Assembly (NCBI GenBank): GCA_004764695.1
Contig: SMSO01000037.1
Location: forward strand, 1,650,747 to 1,714,746
Origin: Schizochytrium sp. TIO01
Lineage: Eukaryota; Protista; Bigyra: Labyrinthulomycetes
DNA length: 64,000 nt
Reading direction: 5' to 3'
The notes under the pieces are model-generated. The model did not search any database and was not told the DNA's origin. It saw only the letters and a program-made list of their open reading frames with translations. Both the position numbers and the translations under genes were made by a program. The first letter of the stretch is position 1; each line of letters starts with the position of its first letter. Shown in pieces: positions 34,130-46,745 of this stretch.

Positions 34130-35218
34130 TTAATGATGAGCAGCCAGAGTGCGAGAGAACTCTTCTTCTGTGAATGAAAGCATCCGAGCAGCTTCGAGGT
34201 GAATTTTTTGACGTTTTAGAACATCAATTAGTTTCAGTTGCTTTTTGAAAGCTGCCATGAGTTCTGTGACTTGACGCTCACGGCGGCGCAGCTCGCCGCG
34301 TAGATGTTTAACTTCTGCATCAGACCCGTCAAGGTTTTCTCGGCGCGCAGAGTCTACCTCTTGAAGCTTGTCTTTGAGTCGCTCGATATCCTCTAAGGCT
34401 CTGCTCAGGCGTACATCCTTGGTGTGCGCTTCATTCTCTGCCTGCTTAGCTGCGCGATCTGCATCTTTGCGTTCCTTATTGAGCGATGATATTTGTTGCT
34501 CAAGCTCTTGCACGCGCTCCCGCAACTTGCCGGCCTCCCCTTTGTCCTTATCTTTCGTTCCTTCGAGAGATTGAATTCGTTTCTTAAGCCGCGCATTCTC
34601 ATCATTAACCTCTTTGGTCTTCTTCTTATGACTAATGCTATCGTTGCTCAGGACTTTAATACGAGCCTCTGCTTTTTGTAGATCTTCCGCAAGTACCTTG
34701 AGCTTTGCGCGCTGCAAGCGAATAACAGCATCAGGTCCCATTTCCTTAGGTGAGCCTTGACCACCACCGGATGGGGAAGTCATCGAGCCCGAAAACTCAG
34801 CTTCGTCCTGCACATTGTTGTTCCTGCTAGCGCCAAAATTCGAGTTCCTTGAGTTTGCGCTTGTTGGTGACCTGGAAATGCCACTAATTTGAGGCCCGTC
34901 GCCTCGTTTACGTGGTCCCGGGCGCTGTCGAGGTCCTGGTTTTCCAGGGACTAAGCTTGGTTTTGCGGCAGACTCGACCCCTGACTTCTCTTCCCGACTC
35001 CGAGCAGAAGAAGACGAAGCCAAACCATCTTCGTGCGTATCTACCTCAAGTGTGGAGCTCTTCGCAGGTGCTAGATCCGTGCCTCGACCCAGGATGGCAT
35101 CAAGCCTCGCTGCCTGGGCCTCCAACGTTGCGTCAGCTTCGCGCACGGCCTCGCGCTGTTTCGCCTCGAGCTGTGCATCAAGAGCCAGCAGCTCGGCCTC
35201 CCGTGCCGCCAAGTCCAT
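34130..35218 (-). CDS. TEX9: TEX9-like coiled-coil ciliary/centriolar protein
   Basis: C-terminal FKKQLKLIDVLKRQKIHLEAARMLSFTEEEF closely matches the TEX9 C-terminus as I recall it; long coiled coil. Confidence 0.85.
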   Translation of the reverse strand: MDLAAREAELLALDAQLEAKQREAVREADATLEAQAARLDAILGRGTDLAPAKSSTLEVDTHEDGLASSSSARSREEKSGVESAAKPSLVPGKPGPRQRPGPRKRGDGPQISGISRSPTSANSRNSNFGASRNNNVQDEAEFSGSMTSPSGGGQGSPKEMGPDAVIRLQRAKLKVLAEDLQKAEARIKVLSNDSISHKKKTKEVNDENARLKKRIQSLEGTKDKDKGEAGKLRERVQELEQQISSLNKERKDADRAAKQAENEAHTKDVRLSRALEDIERLKDKLQEVDSARRENLDGSDAEVKHLRGELRRRERQVTELMAAFKKQLKLIDVLKRQKIHLEAARMLSFTEEEFSRTLAAHH

Positions 35219-35910
35219 CTTGTTCGTCGCAAGCGAGCCTTCTGCCCTGCCTGTGCCGGAATGGAGTGATCGAACTCTGCTGTTGATGTTGGTTTTGATG
35301 TTGTTATTAATTTCAATGCTCTTGCAACGGTCGAAAAAGCAGGCAAAAATACAGGAAATGTATTGTGAAGAACTCTAGGAATTATAATCATTTAGGAAAC
35401 CCAGCACCATAAACGCTGCTTCTAAAAAGATAATGTTAAAGCGTGAACAAGCTTCTGATTGAGTTCTGTCTTTCTACTGGAAGGCCAGGACCCGCGCAGC
35501 ATGTTTATTCATCACAGATTTCCCCATGCAAGTTGCGAATTTTTAAAGTGACTATTAGGGATCCAGAGCTAGTGTACAGATGTACCCACTTCTTCTCCTT
35601 TTCGAAGGTTTACTTCACTTTACTACGACATCCTTCTCACTTGGCAGGATATCAGGAAAAGCTTGGCCTTGCAGCGCCATGATGAAGCTGCTCAAGCTCT
35701 GCCTAGTTGTTGCAGTCGAAGAGCGTAGTGATCAATCATGATGAAGACCACTAGCGAAGCAGGTGTACTGCAAAATTGCAATTCCCGTCAGGTTGATTAC
35801 AAGTAAGGATCAGTAAGTACTTACTTCATCTTACCTGCGCACTGGAACGAAGCAAGGCCCTTGGCAGACTTCAATTGACAAATAATCAGATTCTTTTGCA
35901 AATCCTAGCG

Positions 35911-36883
35911 ATGATGTTGGGTCTCACTATCCTTGCGCGAGGCACCTGCCTTCCGGCGCGTAATCCGCGTTGCTCGGCGATAAGAGGACTCCATGCAGCG
36001 GCAGCACAGAACAACGATTTGGAGATCCTGCGGGAATGGGCCAAGATGAAGAGCTCGGACCCAACGCGTGGATACCGAGAGGGCGTGGTGAACCTCGAGG
36101 TGGCTGAGTCTGGCGTGGCTAAAGTGACGTTGAATCGACCTGAGAAGTTTAATGCGCTCAACATGCAAATGTTCAAGGAACTCGAACTGGCCTTTCAAGA
36201 AATCGAGGATAGACGCAATGAGGTCCGCTGTGTGATTTTGGGTGCATCTGGCACGAACTTCACCGCCGGACTTGACTTAAACACGCTTGGTGCGCTGCAG
36301 AAAGTTTTAAGCGAGGTTAAGTGTCCGTCGGAAATGCGCGAGAATCTTGGACACGTGATTGCTAGATTCCAGAAGATTTTCTCTATGCCTGAAGTTTGCC
36401 ATGTTCCCGTAATTGCTGCGTCCCAAGGACTTGTTGTGGGCGCTGGAGTAGATATCATCACAGCGTGTGATTTGAGGTTTTGCACGCAAGATACACGTAT
36501 GACTGTGAAGGAAGTTGATGTGGCGATTGTTGCTGATTTGGGCACACTCCAGCGTCTACCTCGTATCATTGGCGAGCAACGCGCTCGTGAACTTGCTTAT
36601 ACTGGCCGCTTTGTGTCAGGCGCCGAGGCAGCCAATCTGGGTCTTGTTCTTGACTGCCTTGAAGACAGCGCAGCTCTAGAGACTCGGGCATCAGGCCTTG
36701 CTTCCGAGATTGCCTCGAAATCTGCGATTACCAATGCGAGGTATCAAAGCTAACATGAACTACTCGCGGGATCACTCGGTTCAAGAAGGTTTGGAGTATG
36801 TGCTGCGTTGGAATACATCTCATCTCATGTCAGCTGATCTTCATGCGATTGCAGCAAAGGCTGCCGCTGCACGTAAAAAGTAA
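35911..36883 (+). CDS. ECH1: Delta(3,5)-Delta(2,4)-dienoyl-CoA isomerase (crotonase family); frame broken by one extra base near 36733
   Basis: LNRPEKFNAL, FTAGLDL, GVDIITACDLR, VKEVD..ADLGTLQRLP; conserved tail YSRDHSVQEGLEYV..WN continues in the +1 frame. Confidence 0.88.
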
Positions 36884-37606
36884 TCCCCACTTAATCTCTT
36901 CATTTTTTTTTTTAATTGCTTGTCATTATAATTTGTGTTGTTGCCGGCAACATCAGCGGCTGTCGTGTCTCTACTTTGGGATGCCATGTCTTCGTGTTGA
37001 ACTTCAGATAAAATTTGGCCTTGAAAACAAGAGTGATTTACATAAAGGGCTCTCCAAATCAATACTTTTGATTCTCTAGAGTTACTGATTGCAAAACAGG
37101 GCTAGTAGAACATTTTAAATAAGTGTGTCTATATCAAAATAAATGAACTAATGAGATTGGCTATTATAGATAGAGTTTGTATGGATTTGTGAGTGTGGGT
37201 TGCTTATTGGAAAAGGAAAATATGACAACATATAATACTACTACTCGACGAGCGCTTGCATGTGGTGAGGTAGAAATGACGGAATATTTCGAATTGTATG
37301 TAATACACGAAGTTGGCCGCAGGTGTTGATTTCGTTGGTGCTCGCTACCGGGTCGATGAATTATTTATAAAGGAGAGAAGAAATAAGAAAAGGAAGGTGG
37401 ATAGGCTGCCTCTTTCTTAACTGGATATTCCTCCTACGCCTTCGGACAAAACGATTACCAGAACGTAAGCACACAAAAGGTATCTAGGGTATCTATCCTA
37501 CACGAGCAAACCTGCCCAGAGATGTGAAGGGGGTGGGGGGGGGGAGAGCACATGCGAGTGTCTAAGAGTATTTGCTACTTATTTCAAGCTGTAAATTCCC
37601 GGGTGC

Positions 37607-38521
37607 CTAGACCTGAGATTTTGCAGCGTTGACTATCGACTTGGGAAGCGCACGGTTCTTTACGAAAAAGTCGAGCATGAGTGTAGAAGCACTGGTCATG
37701 AGGTAGTCGAGGTCGTATGCTCCGCAGATAAGATCTTTGCCAAAGGCCATGGCGAGAATACGTGCGACAACATCGTCTTCACACTTGGAGATTTTGCGTA
37801 GGTGCGTACCGACTTGTAGGCAGAATCTTGCTACACGGCAACACTGTTGGTTTGTGCTCTCGAAGGCATCTCGTGCTAAAACAGGAGCCTTCATGGGGCT
37901 CGAAAGTGCTCTGCGCAGACGAAAGTCCCTGAGCAGAAGTCGCATCGTGTAGAGTCGCGTCTTGTCTGCTGCCAACTTCATGACGTCCTCTGCGTATGGA
38001 GAAGGGTCTATTACCTTACTGGCGAGCAGAGCTCTCAAAATTTCAGGTTTGTTTCTGCGGATTGTTTCAAAGGTTATATCGTAAAGCGCCTGGGGAGGTA
38101 CTTTGGCGGCTGCAGCAGCCCGAATGAGTTCTTTAGTGAAGGCCTCTTCTTGTCGCATAAGAATGGCTTTGTGCAGCGCCATGTACACGGTAGTCGGCGT
38201 TGCAGAGTTCCAATCTACAAATCCCTGGGAGCTCCCGGGCCCAGCTGGCACAACTGCCGTTGCGGGGATGTAGTTTCTGCGCGCGTCCTGAGGCCCACCT
38301 GGTTGTGCGCTGGCATTCCGTGGAATTGCAGTCTTGCATTTCGGATGTTTCTTACCAGCCGAAGATGATGAGTGGTGTGAGGAACCTCCCGTAAACAAGA
38401 GCCACGGTGCAAAGATTCTTTTCGCTATTCTTTTCCTTCTCTCCCGTCTCTTTTGCTCCAATCGTGCTGCGACGACTCCCGTCGTGGCCGTGGGCATCGT
38501 TGCCGTCATTGTCGTCGCCAT
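37607..38521 (-). CDS. Hypothetical protein with degenerate ankyrin-like repeats; probably has an upstream intron
   Basis: 304-aa ORF; IDPSPYAEDVMKLAADKTRLYTMRLLLRDFRL resembles an ankyrin repeat; minus-strand branch point at 38572-38580 and TAG acceptor at 38548-38550. Confidence 0.7.
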   Translation of the reverse strand: MATTMTATMPTATTGVVAARLEQKRRERRKRIAKRIFAPWLLFTGGSSHHSSSSAGKKHPKCKTAIPRNASAQPGGPQDARRNYIPATAVVPAGPGSSQGFVDWNSATPTTVYMALHKAILMRQEEAFTKELIRAAAAAKVPPQALYDITFETIRRNKPEILRALLASKVIDPSPYAEDVMKLAADKTRLYTMRLLLRDFRLRRALSSPMKAPVLARDAFESTNQQCCRVARFCLQVGTHLRKISKCEDDVVARILAMAFGKDLICGAYDLDYLMTSASTLMLDFFVKNRALPKSIVNAAKSQV

Positions 38522-38798
38522 GTGTGAGGCGGCGGCAGCTGGAATGACTAAATGAACGAATGAATAAGCTTGTTAGTCAACCGCGTTTCCCTCTTCCCTG
38601 CGTAAGCGTGTTTCCGAGGTCTCCTGCTTCAGAGGTGCCTCAGCTCTCCGCGCCCAAGACCCAGTAATCGCTTTACTCTCCTCCACGCAGATTGCAGATT
38701 GACGCACGCTCTTAACAAGCTTCTGACCGAAAGAAGCGTCAAACTGCTAGAACCGGATTTGCTTCAGTCGATCGACCTTTTTCCAAAGGCAGGTCTGA

Positions 38799-38871
38799 AC
38801 ACAAAACAAAACAAAACAAAACAAAACAAAACAAAACAAAACAAAACAAAACAAAACAAAACAAAACAAAC
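38799..38871. repeat. (AAAAC)n microsatellite, about 14 copies
   Basis: Read directly. Confidence 0.95.
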
Positions 38872-39903
38872 AAAAACTTCTAACCCAAAAAGAGCGAATG
38901 AAAGGAAGTTTTCTTTTCTGAGATAAATTAAAATTACTTAAAATTACTTAAAATAAATTTAATTTAATTAATTTAACTAAAAAGGACGAGTTTCTTGCCC
39001 TCCTCTCCTCCTCTCTGCTTCTTCTTCTTCTTCTTCTTCTTCTTCTGCGTTCTTCGATCAATGCAATTCCCCGACCTCTGTTGCTGTGTGGAAAACCAAG
39101 ACAGTGACGTCCTCCCGAACCCAAAGCCCACTCAGCCCAAGCCAAGGACCCCTCGAATGCAGCAGCGAAGCCTTCCGCAAAGGCCTCACCCCGTTTGGGT
39201 CTCTTCGGAGTGGCGTACGCAGAAGAAAGAGTCTAAAGCTAAAGAGAGATTAACTCACTCTTCAGAGCTGCGAAGAATAAAACTAATAAAACTAATATCA
39301 ATTAAAAATAATAATCAATGATGAAAATAAAAAGAGAAGAAGAAGAAGAAATGAGCGATCGATGATGTCCTCTTTCGCTCCAAACGGCGCCTCAGTCTCC
39401 ACGACCGACCCGAGGGATGCCGGGACGACGGGCGGGCGGGCAGGCAGAGGCAGGCAGGCAGACGCAGGCCCGCCACCCCTCCCGCGATGGCGCCTCCGCC
39501 CCTGGCAGTGGCCCGGGGCTCCTCGAGGCGCGCGCGAGGAAGAAATGGAATGCGGACTACTTAAGCAAAAGAGAGAGAATGGGAGAATGAGAAGAGCAGA
39601 GATCCTCTCTCTTCTCTGCTTCTGCGCGGTTCTTCTCCTCCTCCTCGCTCTCCTTCTGCAGCTGCGCCGGGCAGGGCGGGAACCCTGCGTGCGGCTGCGG
39701 AGGCAGGCGCCAAGCTCCCGGGAGGCTTGCGCTGTGCCGCCTCCCAGCAGAGGTCCGCTCTGCGGCGCTCTCTGCGCAAGAAAGAGAGAAAGAGAGAAAG
39801 AGAGAAAGAAAGTCTTCGCCGATTGACGATTCGATCGACGCTCTTTCTCGATACAATAATGGAGAAAGAAAGAGTTCCAAAGGATCAAAGCAAAGCAAAG
39901 CAA

Positions 39904-39946
<43 letters not shown>

Positions 39947-40896
39947 CAAACACAACTTTCGTTCAGGCAGAAAGAAGTTTCAGGATAAAGAGTCTCTCAA
40001 AGACCACGTATCGATGGATGTGTGATAGATACCATTGACGATACTACGTCCGCATCGCCGCCACATTCGAAACCCTGGTTTGAGTTGCCTTCTTTGCTTA
40101 TCTTTCTTTCTTTCACGTGTCCTCATGATCTCATTGGTGTCAAAGTTTCTGTTTGACTGCTGAGAAGGAAGGAACTAACCTCTTCGAAATGAACAATCCA
40201 TCGGTAAATAAGTAAACAAACAAACAGACAAACAAACAAACAAATAAGAAGATCAAACGAACAATTAATGTAAAAAAATAAGAAGAAGAATCGGTACTTC
40301 GAAAAGCGCACTTCTTCGAAAGACTCGGACCTCCACCTTTGCAGACAGACGTGAATGGATCGACAAGCAACAAACAAACAAACAAACAAACAAACCAACA
40401 GCGCAGCAGGCTCTGCAGAAGCAACGGACTCCCTTCCACCCAGACTCCCCATCAATCAATCAATCAACCAATCCATTCATCCATCACCCATCCATCGCCT
40501 CCTCTTCAGGTCAATCAATTCATGTCATCTCAATCAATCCTGCCCGCTCTGTTCCGTTCCGATCTGTTCTGTTCTTTGCTGTTCTGTTCCGTTTGGGGCA
40601 GCAGGGAGGGTTGCGCTTGCAAGCTGGTTCTTGCTTGCTCTTGCCGTGGTAGCAGGCGACCGATTCTGCGCGCCTGTCGAGCAGAAGCGGCCGACGCGGG
40701 CTTTGCGCGGGCGCTTGGCTCTGCCCGGCTTTGCATTTGTTTCGCTTGCCTGGCTCAACGAGCTTTGTCTGTCTGTCTCCAGGCGCGGCTTGTTTGCAGA
40801 GACCTCGATTTCCTTTTTCTCTGTGGCTTTCTTTCTCTAAAATTTCTCTTTCGCTCTCGTTTTCATACTTTCTATGTTTTCATGCTTTCATGCTTT

Positions 40897-40928
<32 letters not shown>

Positions 40929-41196
40929 CATTTGATTTTAAGTGATTAGTTTTTCATCATTGGTGCAAAATGAACTCGAAGAACTGTGATTCCAAAGTTC
41001 CGCTCACCAAAGCATGAAACAAACCTGAAGAGCAAGCATTCGCTTATGGTGCTCAGTGCTGCTGCGATGCATGAGCTGCTTGCTCTCCTGAGGACTGTTG
41101 TCTCCGGTGTTCGATGTTTTGCCATCGCCAGAGTGAGTGAGTGAGTGAGTGAGTTTTCATGCCTGAAAAAGAGAACGATCTTTAACCTTCTTAGTT

Positions 41197-41272
41197 TTTG
41201 CAGTTGTTTGCAATTGTTTGCAGTTGTTTGCAGTTGTTCGCAATTGTTCGCCATTGTTTGCCATTGTTTGTT
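41197..41272. repeat. Degenerate 10-bp tandem repeat (TTGCAGTTGT-like), about 7 copies
   Basis: Read directly. Confidence 0.8.
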
Positions 41273-41444
41273 GTTCAAAGAGAAGGGAAGAGAAGAGAAG
41301 AGATGGTATTCATTCACCACTCATTCACTGCTAGGATAACAGATGGTCGCGACTGCTGACTGACTGCCTGACTGACTGACTGCCTGAATGCGAAATGACC
41401 CGCCCACGCGAGGAGGGCGGACACGGCACCTCTGTGGCGTGAAT

Positions 41445-41598
<154 letters not shown>

Positions 41599-42796
41599 GA
41601 CGGACGAACGACCAGGAGCGCAGAGGCCGCGGCGCTCTTTACGCGCGTGCTTTCTTTCGACCTCGACACAGAAAGAGAAAAAGAAAGAAAGAAAGAAAGA
41701 TACATAGTTATATACATACATATGAACAAACACCTCGAAAGCCGAAGTTCAGGAAATCTTAACTGATTTGCTGTTTTTATTTGGTTTTCTCTGAAAATTA
41801 AGCCCATTCTATGAACGCAGTTTTAGCTTAATTATTTCCATTATTTTCAACATACATATATATATATTTTTATTTTATTTTATTTTATTTTTTATTATTT
41901 TTTAAATAAGTACAATGAAATGGAATGCTTCGAAGGAAGAAAAGGATAAAAGAAAAGAGAGAAAAGAAAAGAGAGAAAAGAGAGAGAGAGAAAGAGAATG
42001 AATAAACGAACAGTCAATGAACGAAACGAACCGCGACAGAGAGAACAAGTTTTTCCAAGGCGGCCAAAGGCCGAAAGGCGCTCGAGCGACGAGGACGAAG
42101 GCAGGTGCCTTACAGGGAGGGGAAAGCCTCAGGCCTCACAGGCCCAAAGCTGAGGCGAATCTTTGCTTCACTTCACCCATCGAAGCTTTCGCGAGCTTTG
42201 TTCGAAGGCGTCGATCGACTGATTTCAAGCGTGACCTTCGAAGGCCTCGCGGTCCCAAAGAGAAGGGCTGCGCCCCTAGCGACTGCTAAGGTTGGCCGTA
42301 GCGAGGGGTCAGGAGCGATGCAATTGTCGAAGCGAAAGAAGAAAAGGGAAGGAAAAGGAAAAGAAAAGTGAAAGAAATGGAAACAAGGAAGAAAAGGAAA
42401 AAGGAAATGACAAAGGAAAAGAAACGAAAGCAGAGGTATTCAATAAGGAAAAGCGGAACTCACTCAGACAGAGAGAGAGATGGACAGAAAGAAAGGAAGA
42501 GAGAGAGAGAGAGAGAGAGAGAGTCAACGAGGATTAAGAGTCCTCAAGGTGCGCCCCGTTCTGATCCCATGAAGAACATGACCATCTTAGCCCTCATCAG
42601 CCTCTGAAGCTGAGAGAACGAGGAGGGGCAGGCTGAGACCGCACGCAAGGTGGTACAGGCGGTCGGACAATCGACCGCTCCAGTGGAACAGAACGGAACA
42701 CAGGAGTCGTGCTTGCTAGGGTAAACGTTAGCAGTGGCATATGGAGCACACCGGTAGTGATGAGGAGACAAAGGCGGAAAAGCGAGCTTTGAAGAG

Positions 42797-42846
<50 letters not shown>
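42797..42846. repeat. (GAAA)n microsatellite
   Basis: Read directly. Confidence 0.92.
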
Positions 42847-42847
<1 letters not shown>

Positions 42848-42883
42848 GAGTCCCACACTGAATGATGTTATTATATGTGCTGT

Positions 42884-43335
42884 GATAGATAGATAAATAG
42901 ATAGATAAATAGATAGATAAATAGATAGATAAATAGATAGATAAATAAATAGATAAATAAATAGATAAATAAATAGATAAATAGATAGATAAATAGATAG
43001 ATAAATAGATAGATAAATAAATAGATAAATAAATAGATAAATAAATAGATAAATAAATAGATAAATAAATAGATAAATAGATAGATAAATAAATAGATAA
43101 ATAAATAGATAAATAAATAGATAAATAAATAGATAAATAGATAGATAAATAAATAGATAAATAGATAGATAAATAAATAAATAGATAAATAAATAGATAA
43201 ATAAATAGATAAATAGATAGATAAATAAATAGATAAATAGATAGATAAATAAATAGATAAATAGATAGATAAATAAATAGATAAATAAATAGAAAAATAG
43301 ATTGATAAATAAATAGATAAATAAATAGAAAAATA
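42884..43335. repeat. Compound ATAG/ATAA array with mostly 12-bp periodicity
   Basis: Mixed AGATAAATAGAT and AGATAAATAAAT units. Confidence 0.95.
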
Positions 43336-45300
43336 GAGAGACACAGAGAGAGAAGCTGACCCCCAAAAGTTGAGAACTCACTCCGACGTGCGATAGATAA
43401 TAAGCACCTGTGGCGGAGGTCCACGGTGAGACGGAGCTGTGCAGGCACGAAGAATGCCTTCCTCTCGGGCTCCCCATCCACAAGCTTCCACGATTCCTGA
43501 CCGGTGCACAGAATCAATTACACGAGCGATTCCTTCCTTGTAAAGAGTTGGCTCCTTCGAGCGAGAGCCCTGTGCGGCAAGTGCTGCAGGTCCTAGGATT
43601 TGCGGTAGACGAGGTCCTAGCGAAGGGCATGGGCAGTAGGAGCCGCTTAGGGACTCAGTAGAAGGGCTCTCAAGTCACGATAAGTTTGCGGATGATGATG
43701 CTCTTCTGTGCGGAGTGGCGGTGGTCGCGATGGAGGCAGTTCACGATGACGGAAGCCAACGCGTGGATCACGATGGCCCCCGGCGACGGTGAGGGACTGA
43801 CCGGCAGCCCAAGGAGCTCGACTGGCTGAAGGCTGAGCGCGAGCGAGCTGCTGCCGATGGTCGCCGGAGGCATCATCGCTGGAGGCTGCATGGAGGAGGC
43901 AGAGAACCGAGCGAGCGAGTCGAAGAGGGCCAAGGCTCAGGCGTGACCACCGCTGAGCACGGAGGCAGTCATCTTCGATCGAGCTGGGCGCGTGAACGCG
44001 GCGAAGCGCTCCAGACAAGGAGAAGAACTGGAGGTACCGCCTGCCTGCCTACCTGCCTGCCTGCGTGAGTTAGGTCGAGCCGTTGGAGCTACCCATCTAT
44101 TCATTTGCTCTTCGGCAGTGCAACGAGAAAGCAGCTTGAAACTCGAGGCGTGGTCCATGGCGGAGTGTGTATTGGCACTGCAGGCTTTGCGCGGTGCGGC
44201 ACGTACCGCCACATTGGTGTTTATTGGCTGTCTGTGGACTTCTCTGGCCCTCTCCTGCGTTGTTTTGGATGCCCATCGTATTGGGTCCTTCCTTCTGCTG
44301 GCCACGGGGATGTTTACGAGCTGAGGATGATCGCAGGATCGACATGGACCAGAGCAGAAGGTGTCTGTATGCATGCTTGCATGCATGCATGCATGCATGT
44401 AGGTCTCGCTGTTGTCTACGGGGAGAAGAGCGAGCTCATTCTTCGTAGACGGCATTCCTGGTTTTCATTTGACGGATGGTTTCTCAAGATGGCTTGCTTT
44501 TCGTTATTTAGCTTTTGTGAAGGTGGTTGTTATGGGGCAATGCAGATGTAATGGAGGAGGAGGCTCTGGAGCATGACGAGACGGCCTGACTGCGATGAGC
44601 CTGCCATCGCCTCACATCGCGACGCTTAGCGGAGCGGAGCGCTTCGACGTCGAACCAGCAAGCCGAACCAGCAAGCCGAACCAGCTGTCTGAACGCCTGT
44701 CTTCGTCCTCTGGTAGCGCTCTGGTACTCTCGATCGCAAGGGCAAGGTTTCTTCTTCTGGTTGCCTGATGATTGAAATGAATAGGGAGGATAACGAAAGC
44801 CTTTTTTCTCCCGAGTCGTCATTGATCTTACGCATATATTTATAATGAAGGACCGCGTACCCAATACTACAATACGGCATTTATGTTTTTTGTTTTATGT
44901 CTTTATTCTTTAGTACATTTTAAACATCAATTTCATTTCATTTCATTTCATTCCATTTTTATTTTACTTTTACTTTTAAATTTATTTATTTAATTTATTT
45001 ATTCAATATATATATATAAATATAACAATAAAAAGCTTGAAAATCATGAGTTACAAAGAAATTGAAACAGCTTCGACAAAGTAGAAAAGCGAAAAGAGAA
45101 AGGAAGAAAAGAACTTCATTCAACCTGATGCCTCCAGCGCCACATTGCGTGGTTCGGCCGCAATGGCCGGCTCCACCCCACCGCCACCGCCGCCCCCAGA
45201 CAGACAGACAGACAGCTCTTCAGCAGCCCCTCCTCTCGCTTTCTTCTTCTCCTCCTCCTCCGTGTAGCCGTTGTCAGAACCCGACCGACAAAACAGCGCT

Positions 45301-45455
45301 CATTGATTGATTGATCGATTGATTCATTCATTGATTGATTCATTGATGGCTGGAGACTCATGCGGTGCGTCCCGCGGCTGTTGTTCTGGGTGTGGTGAGT
45401 GAAGAATGAATGAATGAATGAATGAATGAATGAATGAATCAATGAATGAATGAAT
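45301..45455. repeat. (ATTG/ATTC)n and (GAAT)n microsatellites
   Basis: Read directly at about 45301-45346 and 45403-45455. Confidence 0.85.
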
Positions 45456-46697
45456 GTGGAGGCCAATATGGAGGCGGAGATGGACAACCTTGACAGAGAG
45501 TGGAAGCGGTGAGGACTCTGAGGGCGTGGTTTGGTGATAACGAAGTAGCTGGCTAGCTGGCTAGCAGAGTGGCTCAGTTGATTGAGTTGTTGGTTGGTGT
45601 AAAGGAAAGGAGGACTTGGAGTGCAATTTGCGATAGCACCGTCATCCGCGTGGCGAACCTGGTCGATGGGTCGATCGACACATTGTGCGCGGGTAGGACA
45701 ATGAGGACTTGAAGCTTGGAGAACAGGACATGAAGGTCCAGGAACTCGGGGGAATAGCGCTCTTGGGTGTTGTTAGATGCTCACGATGCAAGCTGCCGAG
45801 TTATCAAGAAAATAGTCTAGAGCGAGAGCATAGGCGCGGAGGCCTGCTCAAAGAGTATTCTCCGATAGCGTGAGGAGAGGCTACGCACCGCGCGATTGAC
45901 CGGCCAGAAGAAGAAAAGCATGAGAAACCTGTGCACGGAGTACAGGACCGTCTAGGTACCTGCCTACCTGCCTGCCTGCCTACCGCAGAGAGACAGTCTT
46001 TGCCTTGAAGATAACGCATAAACACCTATCACACCAACTGACTTTGGACCCAAAAGGGGCAACTCGTCATCACCGCACGACGAAGGCAAGCGCATGATGG
46101 ATTCATCCATGTCAAGTCAAAGCTCGCAACGGCATGAGCCAGCTAGCTCTGCTCGCACTCTACTAGAAAGCGCATCGACAGCTGTATCCGTTCGAGGATA
46201 GATAATATTAGTAATTGCCGCCGGGGCTGTCTCCGTACCGCGAACAACGACCTCGAGCAAGCAAGCGTCCATGCACGCACGCTCGTTCTCAATCGCATAC
46301 ACACAAACAAACAAACAAACACACGCACGCTCAAGGCAAACAGCGCTGCCCTTGCGAGGAGCGAATGAAGGATATTATCGAAGAATCGAGGGACTCGAAG
46401 CCCTCAGGCAGGCAGGCAGGCAGGCAGGCAACTTGGAAGGCCTCAGCGTGTATTCAGACGTCGCGTGGGACGATCCCTTGACTACTTGTTCGGCAGCTGA
46501 CTTCGGTTCTACTGCTCGGCCTTCAGGAGCCCAGATCGTGCGTTTGCATGTAGGCGAGCAGGCGTGCCCTTCGCCTTTGAGCCTGCCGCAAACGAGCGCT
46601 AAGGAGCCGCCAGCATGCGCCAAATGAGATCGCGGCTCCCTCCGAACTTGCTTGCTTGAACGATCAGGTCAGACCGAGCAGCGACGGCGGGCAGCTT

Positions 46698-46699
46698 GA

Positions 46700-46732
<33 letters not shown>

Positions 46733-46745
46733 CTTGCTTGCTTGC
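46698..46745. repeat. (GCTT)n microsatellite
   Basis: Read directly. Confidence 0.88.
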
